Counted from the first letter of the stretch, positions 16,887 to 26,698 are shown. The stretch: 46,879 nt of DNA from Rhodothermales bacterium (GCA_040904565.1 JBBDTI010000025.1:1-46879); one strand, 5' to 3'. Numbers and translations are program-made. Notes: generated by a model from the sequence alone, not told the origin.

Positions 16887-18842
16887 ATGTGCGGTATAGC
16901 AGGCATTATGAACGCGGACGGCCGGCCGATTTCCGGTCCCTTGCTGCGGCGAATGACGAACGCGCTTCGCCATCGGGGACCGGATGGGGAAGGGTACGTC
17001 GTCAGCGGTCGAATCGGACTCGGACATCGACGACTGGCCGTCCTCGATCCCTCGCCGGCGGGTCATCAGCCGATGCAGACGGAAGACGGTCGCTTCGTGA
17101 TCAGCTATAACGGCGAAGTGTATAATTTCCAGAATCTGCGCCTGACGCTGGAGTCGCTCGGCCACGTGTTTCGCTCGAAGACGGACACGGAAGTGGTCCT
17201 ACGGGCATTCCGGGAGTGGGGGCCGGACTGCGTCAAGCGGTTCAACGGCATGTTCGCATTCGCCGTGTGGGATGCCGTGGAACGGCGGCTCGTGCTCGCG
17301 CGGGATCGGTATGGGATCAAGCCGCTCTATTATACCCACTCAGACGGTTCGTTTCTCTTCGGCTCGGAGATCAAGGCGATCCTGGCCCATCCGTCCGTCT
17401 CCGTACGGGTATGCATCGAGGCAATGAACGAGTATTTCTCGTTCCAGAACGTGTTTTCCGACCGGACCCTCTTCGAAGGAATCAGGATGCTTCCCGCGGG
17501 AACGATCATGCTCGTCAGTGCGGACGGAACGGTTCGCAGCGAGCGGTACTGGGATTTCGATTTCAGAGACTCCGATACGTTAACCGAGTCGGAATGCATC
17601 GAAGGATTTCAGTATTACTTCGAGCAGGCCGTCAACCGCCAGCTGGTCGCCGATACGGAGGTGGGCTCATTCCTCAGCGGCGGGATCGACTCCGGATCCA
17701 TCACGTCGGTCGCGTCCAAGAGCTTTGACTTTTTGAAGACCTTCACCTGCGGCTTCGATCTTCGATCCGCCTCAGGGCTCGAGTTGAACTTCGACGAGCG
17801 AGAGCGGGCCGAACATCTATCCTACCTGAACGGCACCGAGCATTACGAGGTCGTGTTGAAAGCCGGCGACATGGAGCGCGTCATGCCGGACCTCATCCGC
17901 CACATGGAGGACCTCCGCGTCGGACAGAGCTATCCCAACTATTACGTCAATCGCCTGGCCGGCAAATTCGTAAAGGTCGCGCTTTCGGGCACCGGAGGAG
18001 ACGAACTCTTCGCCGGATATCCGTGGCGCTACTATCGCGCCGTCGTGAATGCCGATGCCGACCATTACATGGACAAGTACTATCGCTACTGGCAGCGACT
18101 CATCCCGGACCGCATCAAGCCGGACTTTTACCAGCCGGACATCTACCCGGAAGTGTGGAATCACCAGACGAAGGACGTATTCAACCAGGTTATGAACGGC
18201 CGGGCAGAGAATCTGGCGACGCCGGAAGAATACGTCAATCGGTCCCTCTATTTCGAGGCCAAAACCTTCCTGCACGGACTCCTGGTCGTCGAAGACCGGC
18301 TCAGCATGGCGCACGGGCTCGAGGTCCGCGTGCCGTTTCTGGACAACGATCTCGTGGACTTTGCGATGAAGGTGCCCGTCCGGTACAAGCTGCGCGATCT
18401 GCGTGACGTCGTTCGGCTCAATGAAAATGAGCCGGGGCGGAAAACCCAGCAATATTTTTCCCGCACGAACGACGGCAAGCTCCTCCTGAGAAAGGCTCTG
18501 GAACGGTACGTGCCGGCCGAATACGCGCACGGCTGCAAGCAAGGATTCTCGGCGCCGGACGGCAGCTGGCTCAAAGGGGAGAGCATCGATTACGTACGAG
18601 ACCTCCTGTTTGACGACCGGGCTCGCATCTACGATTACATCCAGCCCGAGACGGCGCAGGGGCTCATGCGGGAACACTTTGAAGGTCGCACGAACCGCCG
18701 GCTTCTCATCTGGTCCCTGCTCTGCTTCGAATGGTGGTGCAAGACGTTCATGGAGGACCGGCATGCGCCCGAAAAGGGCCTTCGATCCAACGGCCGCCGT
18801 CAAGAGACTGTCCCCATTCAGACATTGTCCGCAGCAGCATGA
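16887..18842 (+). CDS. asnB: Asparagine synthase (glutamine-hydrolysing)-family amidotransferase, probably acting on a sugar
   Basis: MCGIAG N-terminus, HRGPD, GHRRL, YNGEVYN, LSGGIDS, SGTGGDELFAGY and EVRVPFLD motifs. Confidence 0.95.
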   Translation: MCGIAGIMNADGRPISGPLLRRMTNALRHRGPDGEGYVVSGRIGLGHRRLAVLDPSPAGHQPMQTEDGRFVISYNGEVYNFQNLRLTLESLGHVFRSKTDTEVVLRAFREWGPDCVKRFNGMFAFAVWDAVERRLVLARDRYGIKPLYYTHSDGSFLFGSEIKAILAHPSVSVRVCIEAMNEYFSFQNVFSDRTLFEGIRMLPAGTIMLVSADGTVRSERYWDFDFRDSDTLTESECIEGFQYYFEQAVNRQLVADTEVGSFLSGGIDSGSITSVASKSFDFLKTFTCGFDLRSASGLELNFDERERAEHLSYLNGTEHYEVVLKAGDMERVMPDLIRHMEDLRVGQSYPNYYVNRLAGKFVKVALSGTGGDELFAGYPWRYYRAVVNADADHYMDKYYRYWQRLIPDRIKPDFYQPDIYPEVWNHQTKDVFNQVMNGRAENLATPEEYVNRSLYFEAKTFLHGLLVVEDRLSMAHGLEVRVPFLDNDLVDFAMKVPVRYKLRDLRDVVRLNENEPGRKTQQYFSRTNDGKLLLRKALERYVPAEYAHGCKQGFSAPDGSWLKGESIDYVRDLLFDDRARIYDYIQPETAQGLMREHFEGRTNRRLLIWSLLCFEWWCKTFMEDRHAPEKGLRSNGRRQETVPIQTLSAAA

Positions 18843-19534
18843 ATGACGTTGACGTACAGGCGGTCGTAGACCGGAGACTTGAAGGGCTCGAACGATACGG
18901 GCGGTCTGCCGCCGCACTGGGCGACGGCAAGGGCGGTCGACAGGACGTGCGCTTCGCCGTCTACGCGGAGTACATCCTGGACCATGACGATGCGTCCGTG
19001 CTGGATCTGGGGTGCGGATTTGCCGATCTGTTCGAATATCTACGGCGCCGGGGATGGCGCGGCAGATATAGGGGCGTCGAGATCGTGCCGGAATACGTCG
19101 AGCAGATACGGCGGATCCATCCGGAATTGGAGGTCCTGCAGGGCGACGTCGAGACGATGCTGGAAGACCTGCCGACCCACGATTTCGTCGTTGCGGCGAG
19201 CATCATGAATCTCCGGCTGAAGGCCGGCGAGAATGAAGCCTATATCCGACGCATGATGCGCCGCATGTTCGACCGGGCCGACGTAGCGGCGGGGATGGAC
19301 TTCATGACCACGTATGTGGACTGGCAACATCCGGATGCGTGGCACACGGACCCGGCATGGGCGGTCACCGAAGCGAGTCGCCTGACACGGCGCGTCGTGC
19401 TCCGCGCCGATTTTATGCCCTATGAGTTCGTGCTCATTCTCTTCAAGGATGATCGAGCGTCAGTCCGCAACGTCTACCGGGCGTTCGAGGCACGTTTAGA
19501 CGCGTCGGAGGTCGGAGGCGGGGATGATGCGTGA
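18839..19534 (+). CDS. Class I SAM-dependent methyltransferase
   Basis: SVLDLGCGFAD motif I and YRGVEI motif; ATG overlaps the asnB stop (ATGA). Confidence 0.88.
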   Translation: MNDVDVQAVVDRRLEGLERYGRSAAALGDGKGGRQDVRFAVYAEYILDHDDASVLDLGCGFADLFEYLRRRGWRGRYRGVEIVPEYVEQIRRIHPELEVLQGDVETMLEDLPTHDFVVAASIMNLRLKAGENEAYIRRMMRRMFDRADVAAGMDFMTTYVDWQHPDAWHTDPAWAVTEASRLTRRVVLRADFMPYEFVLILFKDDRASVRNVYRAFEARLDASEVGGGDDA

Positions 19535-20810
19535 CGGGTACCTCGCCGTACTGGGCGGCAACAAGATGGCCTGCCACGGTATCGAACGACTCGAAGCCCT
19601 GGGCTATCGCCTGCTCGTGCTAGACGGCAATCCACAGGCCGCCGCCCGTACGCCCGGACGTCCCTTCCTGGCCGTCGATTTCTCCGACACAAACGCAGCG
19701 CTCCGCGCGCTGGAGCCGTTCGAGCTGGGTGGCATCATGCCGTTGAACGATTTCGCGGTTCGCTCGTCGTCCCGCATCGCAAGAGAGCGTGGACTCCGGG
19801 GATGGACCGAGGAGACGGCGTACCGGTTGACCAATAAGGCGGCCATGCGAGCGGTCTGGCGTGAGGCGAACCTGCCACAGCCGTCCTACTGTTCCGTGTC
19901 CATCGAAGACCTGCTCGCCGGTCAGCATCCCGTATGGGATTCATTCCCATGCATCGTCAAGCCCGCCTTCGCGGGAGGCGCCAGCCGGGGCGTCCACCTC
20001 GTGCACGACTGGGATGAGGCACGCGCCGTCGTCGAAGCCACGCGCGACGTCTACCTGGATGCCGACGTCGTCATCGAAGAATACGTACGCGGCACCGAGC
20101 ATACCCTTGAAGTCGTCGTAAGGGATGGCCGGCCGACGCTCCTCTCCATCTCCGACAAACAGAATTACCCGGGTCACGTCAGCGTCGTCCAGAACCTCTA
20201 CTTTCCCGGCCCGGTCGGGTGGGCCGCGCACGATCGATTATGCGACCTTGTTTTTGCCGCCTGCGGCGCTCTGGGGGTGACCGACGGAGCCTGCCATTTC
20301 GAAGTGCTGCTTACCGAGCACGGCCCGCTCCTTCTAGAGGTGGGCGGACGGCCGGGCGGTGGACTCAACTTCGATCCGATCTGCCGGCTTTCGACGGGCT
20401 TCGACTATCCGAGCCTGCTCGCCTGCATTCTAACCGGAGAATCTCCCCGGTTCGTCCGTCAAGAGCCGTGTCACCTGGCCTGGCACTACTTCGACGGCGG
20501 GGACGGAACGGTCCAGGACATCATAGGAATGGACGAGGTCGATGGGGCCGATGGCGTCGTGGATGTCGAATGCTACGAGCGCGTGGGAGAGCCGCGCCGC
20601 CGCCTCACCGACGACCTTGAACGCCCCGGCTACGTGCTCGTCCGCGCCGACAGCCATGGCGCCGCCCGAACGCTCGCCGCACGGATGTGCGACCGTATAG
20701 AAGTTTTGACCCACGCGCCGACATCGAAGTCGCTCCATACCGAACACCTAGCTACCGCATCACATGAAGATACTGGTTGGTACACACGAGATATGCCGGC
20801 AGGCGTATGA
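19524..20810 (+). CDS. ATP-grasp domain ligase
   Basis: NKAAMR, IVKP..GGASRGV, VIEEYVRG.E, HFEV and LLEVGGRPGG motifs. Confidence 0.88.
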   Translation: MMRDGYLAVLGGNKMACHGIERLEALGYRLLVLDGNPQAAARTPGRPFLAVDFSDTNAALRALEPFELGGIMPLNDFAVRSSSRIARERGLRGWTEETAYRLTNKAAMRAVWREANLPQPSYCSVSIEDLLAGQHPVWDSFPCIVKPAFAGGASRGVHLVHDWDEARAVVEATRDVYLDADVVIEEYVRGTEHTLEVVVRDGRPTLLSISDKQNYPGHVSVVQNLYFPGPVGWAAHDRLCDLVFAACGALGVTDGACHFEVLLTEHGPLLLEVGGRPGGGLNFDPICRLSTGFDYPSLLACILTGESPRFVRQEPCHLAWHYFDGGDGTVQDIIGMDEVDGADGVVDVECYERVGEPRRRLTDDLERPGYVLVRADSHGAARTLAARMCDRIEVLTHAPTSKSLHTEHLATASHEDTGWYTRDMPAGV

Positions 20811-22401
20811 CCTGGCCGCGGCGTTTCGTACCCTCGGCCACGAGGCTGAAACCGTTATGGTGGCCCGAAATCCACAGCACCCTGAACTCGTCTACGACCA
20901 CGTGTACGATCAGGGTGCTCTCTGGCAGCACTACGTACGATTGACGAAGCAGCCGATCGAGTCCTGGCTCCACCCGGAGCCCGATCTCGTTCGGCTGCGC
21001 GACATGCTGACCGGCTACGACGCCTACGTATTCCAGTTCTCGCACAGCCTGCTGCCGTTCAATCAGGATTTTCCCATCCTGCGCCGGCTGGGCAAGAAAA
21101 TCCTATCACTCTTCAATGGAAGCGATATTCGCCACTGGTCGGCCGCAAAGCCTATCGCGGATAAATACGGGTATCACGTACCGGATCTTCTCTGGCAGCC
21201 GCCGTACAACGATCTCAATTCACGCATGCACAACCTACGCATGGCGGAGCGGTATGCGGACGCCCTGTTTGGAGCACCGGGGTGTTCCCAGCTGGCCGTT
21301 CGACCGTACTGGCAGTTTCCGATTCCGGTAGACCTGTCGCGGCTCGTCGAGAACGTGCCCCGGCGCGACGTCCCGGTCGTCGTGCACGCCCCATCCCGTC
21401 GCGGTTATAAGGGGACGACCGAGATCCTGGAGGTACTCGAGCGACTGGAAAGGGAAGGCATTCGATTCGATCTTCGGTTGCTAGAAGACGTACCTAACCG
21501 GGAGGTCCTCCGAGAGCTCACGCAGGCAGACGTCGTTCTGGATCAGCTCAATGCTCCGAATTATGCGATGCTCGCCCTGGAAGGGATGGCCACGGGCTGC
21601 GTCGTCGCCGGAGGTAGGAATCCGAACTACATGCCGTTCTACAGTAGTGCTCCCGTCTACGAAATCACGCGGGAGGGCCTCTACGAACAGCTCAAACGAC
21701 TCCTTACATCCAAAGACCTGCGTACGGAATTCGCCGTACAGGGACGTTCCTACGTGGAGCGCACGCACGGTCGCATCGCCGTCGCCGAATATCTCCTGTC
21801 GCGTCTCGAGACGTCTGACGAACCGGACTACTTTCCGACCTTCGTGGCGCGGCGATATCATGTGCCGGAGGAGTGCCAGGTGTCCGATCGCGTCAGGAAG
21901 TTGACGGCCGAGGTGGTGCAGCGGCACGGACTGCCTCACGGTGTAACGGCACAGGACATGGCGCGGCGCGGACTGCTAAATCCGGATGTGCTCGACGCGT
22001 CGCGCCCGATCACGTCCTGGCAGCCCCTCCACGAAGATCAAGCGGAGGAGATCTGGGGATGGAGCCGCTTACTGCGAAGTGTCGATCGTCCGGGGACTCC
22101 GTGCGTGGCCGGCACGATCCTTCACCACGTTTCCCGCGCGATCCGTGCCGTCGAGGAAAAGGACTTCGACACGGCTTCCGGGCTGCTTCAAGAATGCATC
22201 ACGCTGTTGACGGAGCACGACGCCGTCACTATGGACGCTGCCGTGCTGAAGGCGATCGGGCGTTTAGCGCGCGAACTCAACGAGCCGGCGCTTGCCGCCG
22301 GACTGTGGCGGCAGGCGGCCGCACTCGACCCGGACTCGGATCAGGAGCTGGCTCCCGCTATCGCCGAATTGGATGCTCCTACGTCCGTGCAGGCAGCGTA
22401 G
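20764..22401 (+). CDS. GT-B glycosyltransferase with C-terminal TPR-like helices
   Basis: [27 protein letters not shown] and ALEGMATG motifs; C-terminal [14 protein letters not shown]-like segment. Confidence 0.82.
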   Translation: MKILVGTHEICRQAYDLAAAFRTLGHEAETVMVARNPQHPELVYDHVYDQGALWQHYVRLTKQPIESWLHPEPDLVRLRDMLTGYDAYVFQFSHSLLPFNQDFPILRRLGKKILSLFNGSDIRHWSAAKPIADKYGYHVPDLLWQPPYNDLNSRMHNLRMAERYADALFGAPGCSQLAVRPYWQFPIPVDLSRLVENVPRRDVPVVVHAPSRRGYKGTTEILEVLERLEREGIRFDLRLLEDVPNREVLRELTQADVVLDQLNAPNYAMLALEGMATGCVVAGGRNPNYMPFYSSAPVYEITREGLYEQLKRLLTSKDLRTEFAVQGRSYVERTHGRIAVAEYLLSRLETSDEPDYFPTFVARRYHVPEECQVSDRVRKLTAEVVQRHGLPHGVTAQDMARRGLLNPDVLDASRPITSWQPLHEDQAEEIWGWSRLLRSVDRPGTPCVAGTILHHVSRAIRAVEEKDFDTASGLLQECITLLTEHDAVTMDAAVLKAIGRLARELNEPALAAGLWRQAAALDPDSDQELAPAIAELDAPTSVQAA

Positions 22402-22407
22402 GGGACC

Positions 22408-22427
22408 ATTCGGCCTCGGGGCCGAAT
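22408..22427. terminator. Hairpin between convergent GT and rpmA genes
   Basis: Perfect 8-bp stem ATTCGGCC-TCGG-GGCCGAAT. Confidence 0.55.
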
Positions 22428-22687
22428 CAGGCTTCCGAGGGCTGTACGTGTACGAACCGGCGGTTGCCACGACTGCGGGAAAAGTGCACCTTACCCGTTG
22501 CCTTGGCGAACAGCGTGTCGTCGCCTCCGCGACCGACGTTGTCGCCCGGATGGAATTTCGTGCCCCGCTGGCGAACGATGATGCTGCCGGCCTTGACGAA
22601 CTCGCCGCCGAAAGCCTTGACGCCAAGCATGTTCGGATTCGAGTCACGGCCGTTCTTTGTCGAGCCTAGACCTTTCTTATGAGCCAT
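22427..22687 (-). CDS. rpmA: 50S ribosomal protein L27
   Basis: [16 protein letters not shown]...[13 protein letters not shown]. Confidence 0.99.
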   Translation of the reverse strand: MAHKKGLGSTKNGRDSNPNMLGVKAFGGEFVKAGSIIVRQRGTKFHPGDNVGRGGDDTLFAKATGKVHFSRSRGNRRFVHVQPSEA

Positions 22688-22788
22688 TACAACCTCACCG
22701 TATTCAATTCAACGATTATCGTGCGTGCACGCCATCAACCCATTAACAACTCGTGCGGGCGTGCTCCATCAAGAACGTGCGTGCCCTC

Positions 22789-23301
22789 TTACGAAGAGGC
22801 CTCGTCTTTCTTGTCGGACGCCTTCTCAGGCGAGGCCGATTTGTTCGCCTTGGCGGATGCCTTGGCTTTCGGCTTCTCATCCGGTGTGTCCGCCGCCGCG
22901 GCCTCAACCTGATCGTCCGCCGTCTTCTCGGGATCGGACGATTTAGACGTCGAGGTCGACTTCTTCGAAGGCTTACTCTCCGGCTTCTCGACGGAAAGTC
23001 CGCTCACCTCGATCTTCGTATACGGCTGACGATGCCCACGTTTGACCTTGAAGCGCTTGCGGCGCTTCTTACGGAAAACGAGGATCTTATCGCCTTTAAC
23101 GTGCTCGACAATGGTTGCCGTTACGGACGCATCCTCCACCACCGGCGTACCGAGCTGGATGTCTTCGTCGCCGTTCGCGACGAGCAAGACGCGGTCGAAC
23201 GTCACCGTATCGTCCACGTCACCGCTCAGCCGGGGTACCACGAGCTTATCTTTTTCGTGTACCTTATACTGCTTGCCGGCGATCTCTACGATTGCATACA
23301 T
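22789..23301 (-). CDS. rplU: 50S ribosomal protein L21 with low-complexity C-terminal extension
   Basis: MYAIVEIAGKQYKV...GHRQPYT; upstream of rpmA. Confidence 0.98.
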   Translation of the reverse strand: MYAIVEIAGKQYKVHEKDKLVVPRLSGDVDDTVTFDRVLLVANGDEDIQLGTPVVEDASVTATIVEHVKGDKILVFRKKRRKRFKVKRGHRQPYTKIEVSGLSVEKPESKPSKKSTSTSKSSDPEKTADDQVEAAAADTPDEKPKAKASAKANKSASPEKASDKKDEASS

Positions 23302-23381
23302 ATCTTTCCTCTTCTTTGGAGCGCCGGATTGGCTACCGCCGCGAGAGCTTCATATTCGGGGTTGAAAAATCATCGAGCCTA

Positions 23382-23389
23382 CAAATATA
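23382..23389 (-). promoter_or_regulatory. Bacteroidota-type -7 promoter element for rplU-rpmA
   Basis: TATATTTG on the minus strand (TAnnTTTG consensus), 80 bp upstream of rplU. Confidence 0.55.
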
Positions 23390-23429
23390 TAAACACGTGT
23401 GTTCCGCAGCTACTCGTTAAGAAACAACG

Positions 23430-24101
23430 ATGATGGAGATTGCCCTGCCTACGAGCGGACTGGTAACGAGTCCGGGGAAGCTTATTTGTATCGGCCGAAA
23501 TTACGCGCGGCATGCGTCCGAGATGCAAAGCGACGTCCCCGAAGAGCCGGTAATTTTCTTGAAGCCGCCGTCTGCACTTGTAGGACAGGGGGGGAAAGTC
23601 GTCCTTCCGTCGGCGTCCCAAGACGTTCATCACGAGCTCGAGCTGGTGGTGGCCATCGGCCGAGGCGGGAAGAACATACCGGTAGACGAGGCGCTCAATC
23701 ACGTCGACGGGTACGGCATCGGGCTCGACATGACCGCGCGGGACATCCAGGCTGAGGCGAAACGGCAGGGACTTCCGTGGACCGTAGCGAAGGGATTCGA
23801 CACGTTTGCTCCACTGGGCGCGCTGGTGTCGGCTCACGAGGTCGGGGATCCGCAGCAGCTTACGCTGGAGCTGTACGTCAATGGATCGCTTCGACAGCGA
23901 GCTCACACGGCCGAGATGATCTTTCCCGTGGCCGATCTCATCGCGTACAGCTCTACGATCTTCACGCTGATGCCTGGCGATCTCATCTTTACGGGCACGC
24001 CCGAAGGGGTTGCAGCGGTGGAGGAAGGGGACCGTCTCGAAGCACGTGGGGAAGGGTTTCCGGACCTGAGGATTAAGGTGCTGCGCGAGCGTCGGAATTG
24101 A
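23430..24101 (+). CDS. Fumarylacetoacetate hydrolase family protein
   Basis: CIGRNY, FLKP, HHELEL, DMTARD, AKGFDTF and TGTPEGV motifs. Confidence 0.95.
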   Translation: MMEIALPTSGLVTSPGKLICIGRNYARHASEMQSDVPEEPVIFLKPPSALVGQGGKVVLPSASQDVHHELELVVAIGRGGKNIPVDEALNHVDGYGIGLDMTARDIQAEAKRQGLPWTVAKGFDTFAPLGALVSAHEVGDPQQLTLELYVNGSLRQRAHTAEMIFPVADLIAYSSTIFTLMPGDLIFTGTPEGVAAVEEGDRLEARGEGFPDLRIKVLRERRN

Positions 24102-24155
24102 CCCCTGCAGCGTCTGACGTGTTCGGATTCGATAATGCCTCGATCACGTCGCGCG

Positions 24156-25187
24156 TCACCCGAAGCGCCGCTTCAGGATGTTTACGGCACGCTCGACGTC
24201 ATCCATCGTTACGTCGCGGTGAAGTGTTGCGCGAAGCGTACGCGGCCCGAAAGGGACCAGGTAGAGATCGTCCTCGGCCAGGGTTTCAAGCACGACGTCG
24301 GCGTCTCGGTCGACGAGGTCACCTGCGAGATCAAAGAGCACGATATTGGTCTCGACGCTATCAAGGTCTACCGAGAAGCTGTCCATCGCGTGGATTGCCT
24401 CGGCAAGCCGGCGGGCCTTGCGATGGTCTTCCGGAAGGTGCGCCCGGTGGTGTTCGATCGCGTAGAGTCCGGCTGCAGCCAGCATGCCGATCTGCCGCAT
24501 ACCGCCGCCGAACATCTTACGATAGCGCCGGGCGGATTCCATCCGTTCGCGTGAGCCTGCGATCAGGGAGCCCACCGGCGCCCCCAGGCCCTTCGACATG
24601 CAGACCGTGACGGTGTCGAACGGGGCCGCGAACTCTCGTTCCGAGATTCCGGTTGCCGCTGAGGCGTTCCAGAGGCGCGCTCCGTCCAGGTGCAGGTACA
24701 GACCGCGGTCGCGAGCAGCCTCAGCCACGCGCTGCGTCGCCTCGATGGGGTAGATGCGGCCGCCGGCCTTGTTGATCGTATTTTCGAGGCATACCAGGCG
24801 CGTCGGGGTATCCCAGTAGGCCCCCGGACGGATCGCCTTCCGGACCTGGGCAGCCGTCAATACACCTCGGTCGCCATCGACCACGTGCAGCTGAACGCCC
24901 GATAATACGGCCGGCCCGCCGGATTCGTAATTAAAGATGTGACTGCTTCGGTCTACGATGACCTCGTCGCCGGGCTGCGTTAATACCTTTATGGCGAGCT
25001 GGTTGCCCATGACGCCGGACGGCACGAAAAGGGCATCTTCCTTTCCCAGAAGCTCCGCCACGCGGTGCTGCAGTTCGAGGGCCGAGGGATCCTCTCCAAA
25101 CACGTCGTCGCCCACCTCAGCCGCATGCATGGCCTCGCGCATGGCATTTGTGGGCTTCGTGACCGTGTCGCTCCGGAGGTCGATCAT
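24156..25187 (-). CDS. ltaE: Low-specificity L-threonine aldolase
   Basis: [31 protein letters not shown] and [10 protein letters not shown] motifs. Confidence 0.95.
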   Translation of the reverse strand: MIDLRSDTVTKPTNAMREAMHAAEVGDDVFGEDPSALELQHRVAELLGKEDALFVPSGVMGNQLAIKVLTQPGDEVIVDRSSHIFNYESGGPAVLSGVQLHVVDGDRGVLTAAQVRKAIRPGAYWDTPTRLVCLENTINKAGGRIYPIEATQRVAEAARDRGLYLHLDGARLWNASAATGISEREFAAPFDTVTVCMSKGLGAPVGSLIAGSRERMESARRYRKMFGGGMRQIGMLAAAGLYAIEHHRAHLPEDHRKARRLAEAIHAMDSFSVDLDSVETNIVLFDLAGDLVDRDADVVLETLAEDDLYLVPFGPRTLRATLHRDVTMDDVERAVNILKRRFG

Positions 25188-25247
25188 GATGGCTAGATCA
25201 ATTCCAGGGTGTGAGACGGCATGCGACACCGGCCATGTTCGTGCGGT

Positions 25248-25727
25248 TTATCGGCTGATTTCAAGGATCTCGAACTTGACCTTGCCTGCGGGGACGTCGA
25301 CCTCGACCATATCGCCGACCTCCTTGCCGAGAAGTCCGGCACCGATCGGGCTCTTTATCGAGATCTTTCCTTCGCGCAGGTTCGCCTCTTGCGCAGATAC
25401 GAGCTTAAAGGTTTGCTCCGATCCCGTCCTGTCATTCCGGACGCGTACGTTGGAAAGGATGTACGCCTTGCTCGCATCTACCTGCTTTTCGTCGACGAGA
25501 CGCGCACTGGAGATCGTGGTTTCCATCTTAGCGATGCGCGCTTCGAGATGTCCCTGTTCTTCTTTCGCAGCGTCATATTCCGCGTTTTCGGAAAGATCTC
25601 CCTTGTCGCGGGCTTCCTGGATGGCCTGGGCGATTCGGGCTCGCTCCTTCGTCTTAAGGAATCGGAGTTCCTTCTTGAGCTTTGCGAGTCCTTCCTCGGT
25701 CAGATAGACTGTCTCCTGTTCCTCCAT
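25248..25727 (-). CDS. greA: Transcription elongation factor GreA
   Basis: GDLSENAEYDAAKEEQ and ISIKSPIG motifs. Confidence 0.98.
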   Translation of the reverse strand: MEEQETVYLTEEGLAKLKKELRFLKTKERARIAQAIQEARDKGDLSENAEYDAAKEEQGHLEARIAKMETTISSARLVDEKQVDASKAYILSNVRVRNDRTGSEQTFKLVSAQEANLREGKISIKSPIGAGLLGKEVGDMVEVDVPAGKVKFEILEISR

Positions 25728-25852
25728 AGACGTAATGCGACGGAATGATGCGTGATCTGCGAAAGCGAATACAAAGGCATGCCGACGGTGGCCGTGCGCC
25801 AGTCGCCGTCGCCTGCCTGATCGATGATTTCCTGTTGGTAACCCAGCCTCGT

Positions 25853-25888
25853 AAATAGAAACGCCACGGCCTCAAACGGGCTGCGGCG
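25853..25888 (-). terminator. Intrinsic terminator-like hairpin upstream of greA
   Basis: Minus strand CGCCGCAGCC-CGTTTGA-GGCCGTGGCG followed by TTTCTATTT. Confidence 0.5.
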
Positions 25889-25942
25889 CTCCGGCGAAGG
25901 CACGGATTAGCTGACGGGGCACAATTGGAAACGGCTGGACGC

Positions 25943-25969
25943 CGAAGTTAATTTCTTTCGAAGTTAATT
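25943..25969. repeat. 11-bp direct repeat CGAAGTTAATT, 16-bp period
   Basis: Copies at 25943-25953 and 25959-25969 in the AT-rich region upstream of greA. Confidence 0.75.
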
Positions 25970-26086
25970 CCGAAATCCAGCCGATCTTAAAAATATTACA
26001 CGCGCGTCCGAGGGGTTAGATCCCGTCGAGACCTGGGTGCAGGCTCCGGCCGGTGGGAACTGGTTGATGGGATCTCGTGCGAAGGG

Positions 26087-26698
26087 CTACCAGCCTACCC
26101 GGCGCGTACGATCTCGGGGCCGTTCGGGCGTGCCTCGATCCTCGGTTACGGGTTGCGCCAGCGCTGGAAGGTCGCCGGCCAGCACGCGACGTGACGTCCA
26201 ATAAGATCCGCGCCAGTAGGGCAGTTCGATGTCGGAAACCATCACGCCCGCAGTGGTGGACACGTGGGCAAACTCACCGTCGTTCAGGTAGATGCCGACG
26301 TGGTTCGTTTTCGTCGGTGGCTGAAAGAAGACGAGGTCGCCCGCCTGCAGCTCCGACATGTTAACACGCCGGCCTTCCTCGACCTGCTCCTCGGTGGTTC
26401 GGGGTAGATCGAACTGAAAGGCATCGGCAAATACCCGCTGTACGAATGCAGAGCAATCCATCCCCGATTCCGACATCCCGCCCAGCACGTGCGGCGTACC
26501 TTCCCATCGTGCTACGAGCCGTCGGAGGGCGGGCTCTACGGCGGAATCCGGAGCTGCTTCGATTTCGTGCGACGTCGGGTACGACGTTGTGGCGGGTACG
26601 CGGGACGACGTGCAACCGGTGAGCAGTACGACGGCGCCCAGAAGGGCGGGAAACGCGCGCCACAATCCAGTTGGCAGCACGGTTAGACGTGCTAGCAT
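26087..26698 (-). CDS. NlpC/P60 (C40) family lipoprotein peptidase
   Basis: Lipobox LLTGC, GMDCSAF catalytic Cys, GDLVFF and HVGIY motifs. Start at 26698; the ORF extends upstream to 26827. Confidence 0.92.
   Translation of the reverse strand: MLARLTVLPTGLWRAFPALLGAVVLLTGCTSSRVPATTSYPTSHEIEAAPDSAVEPALRRLVARWEGTPHVLGGMSESGMDCSAFVQRVFADAFQFDLPRTTEEQVEEGRRVNMSELQAGDLVFFQPPTKTNHVGIYLNDGEFAHVSTTAGVMVSDIELPYWRGSYWTSRRVLAGDLPALAQPVTEDRGTPERPRDRTRRVGW

Noticed and set aside
25700-25903. 67-aa ORF upstream of greA as a leader peptide
   Set aside because: It overlaps the greA start out of frame, runs through the terminator hairpin and has no recognisable features.
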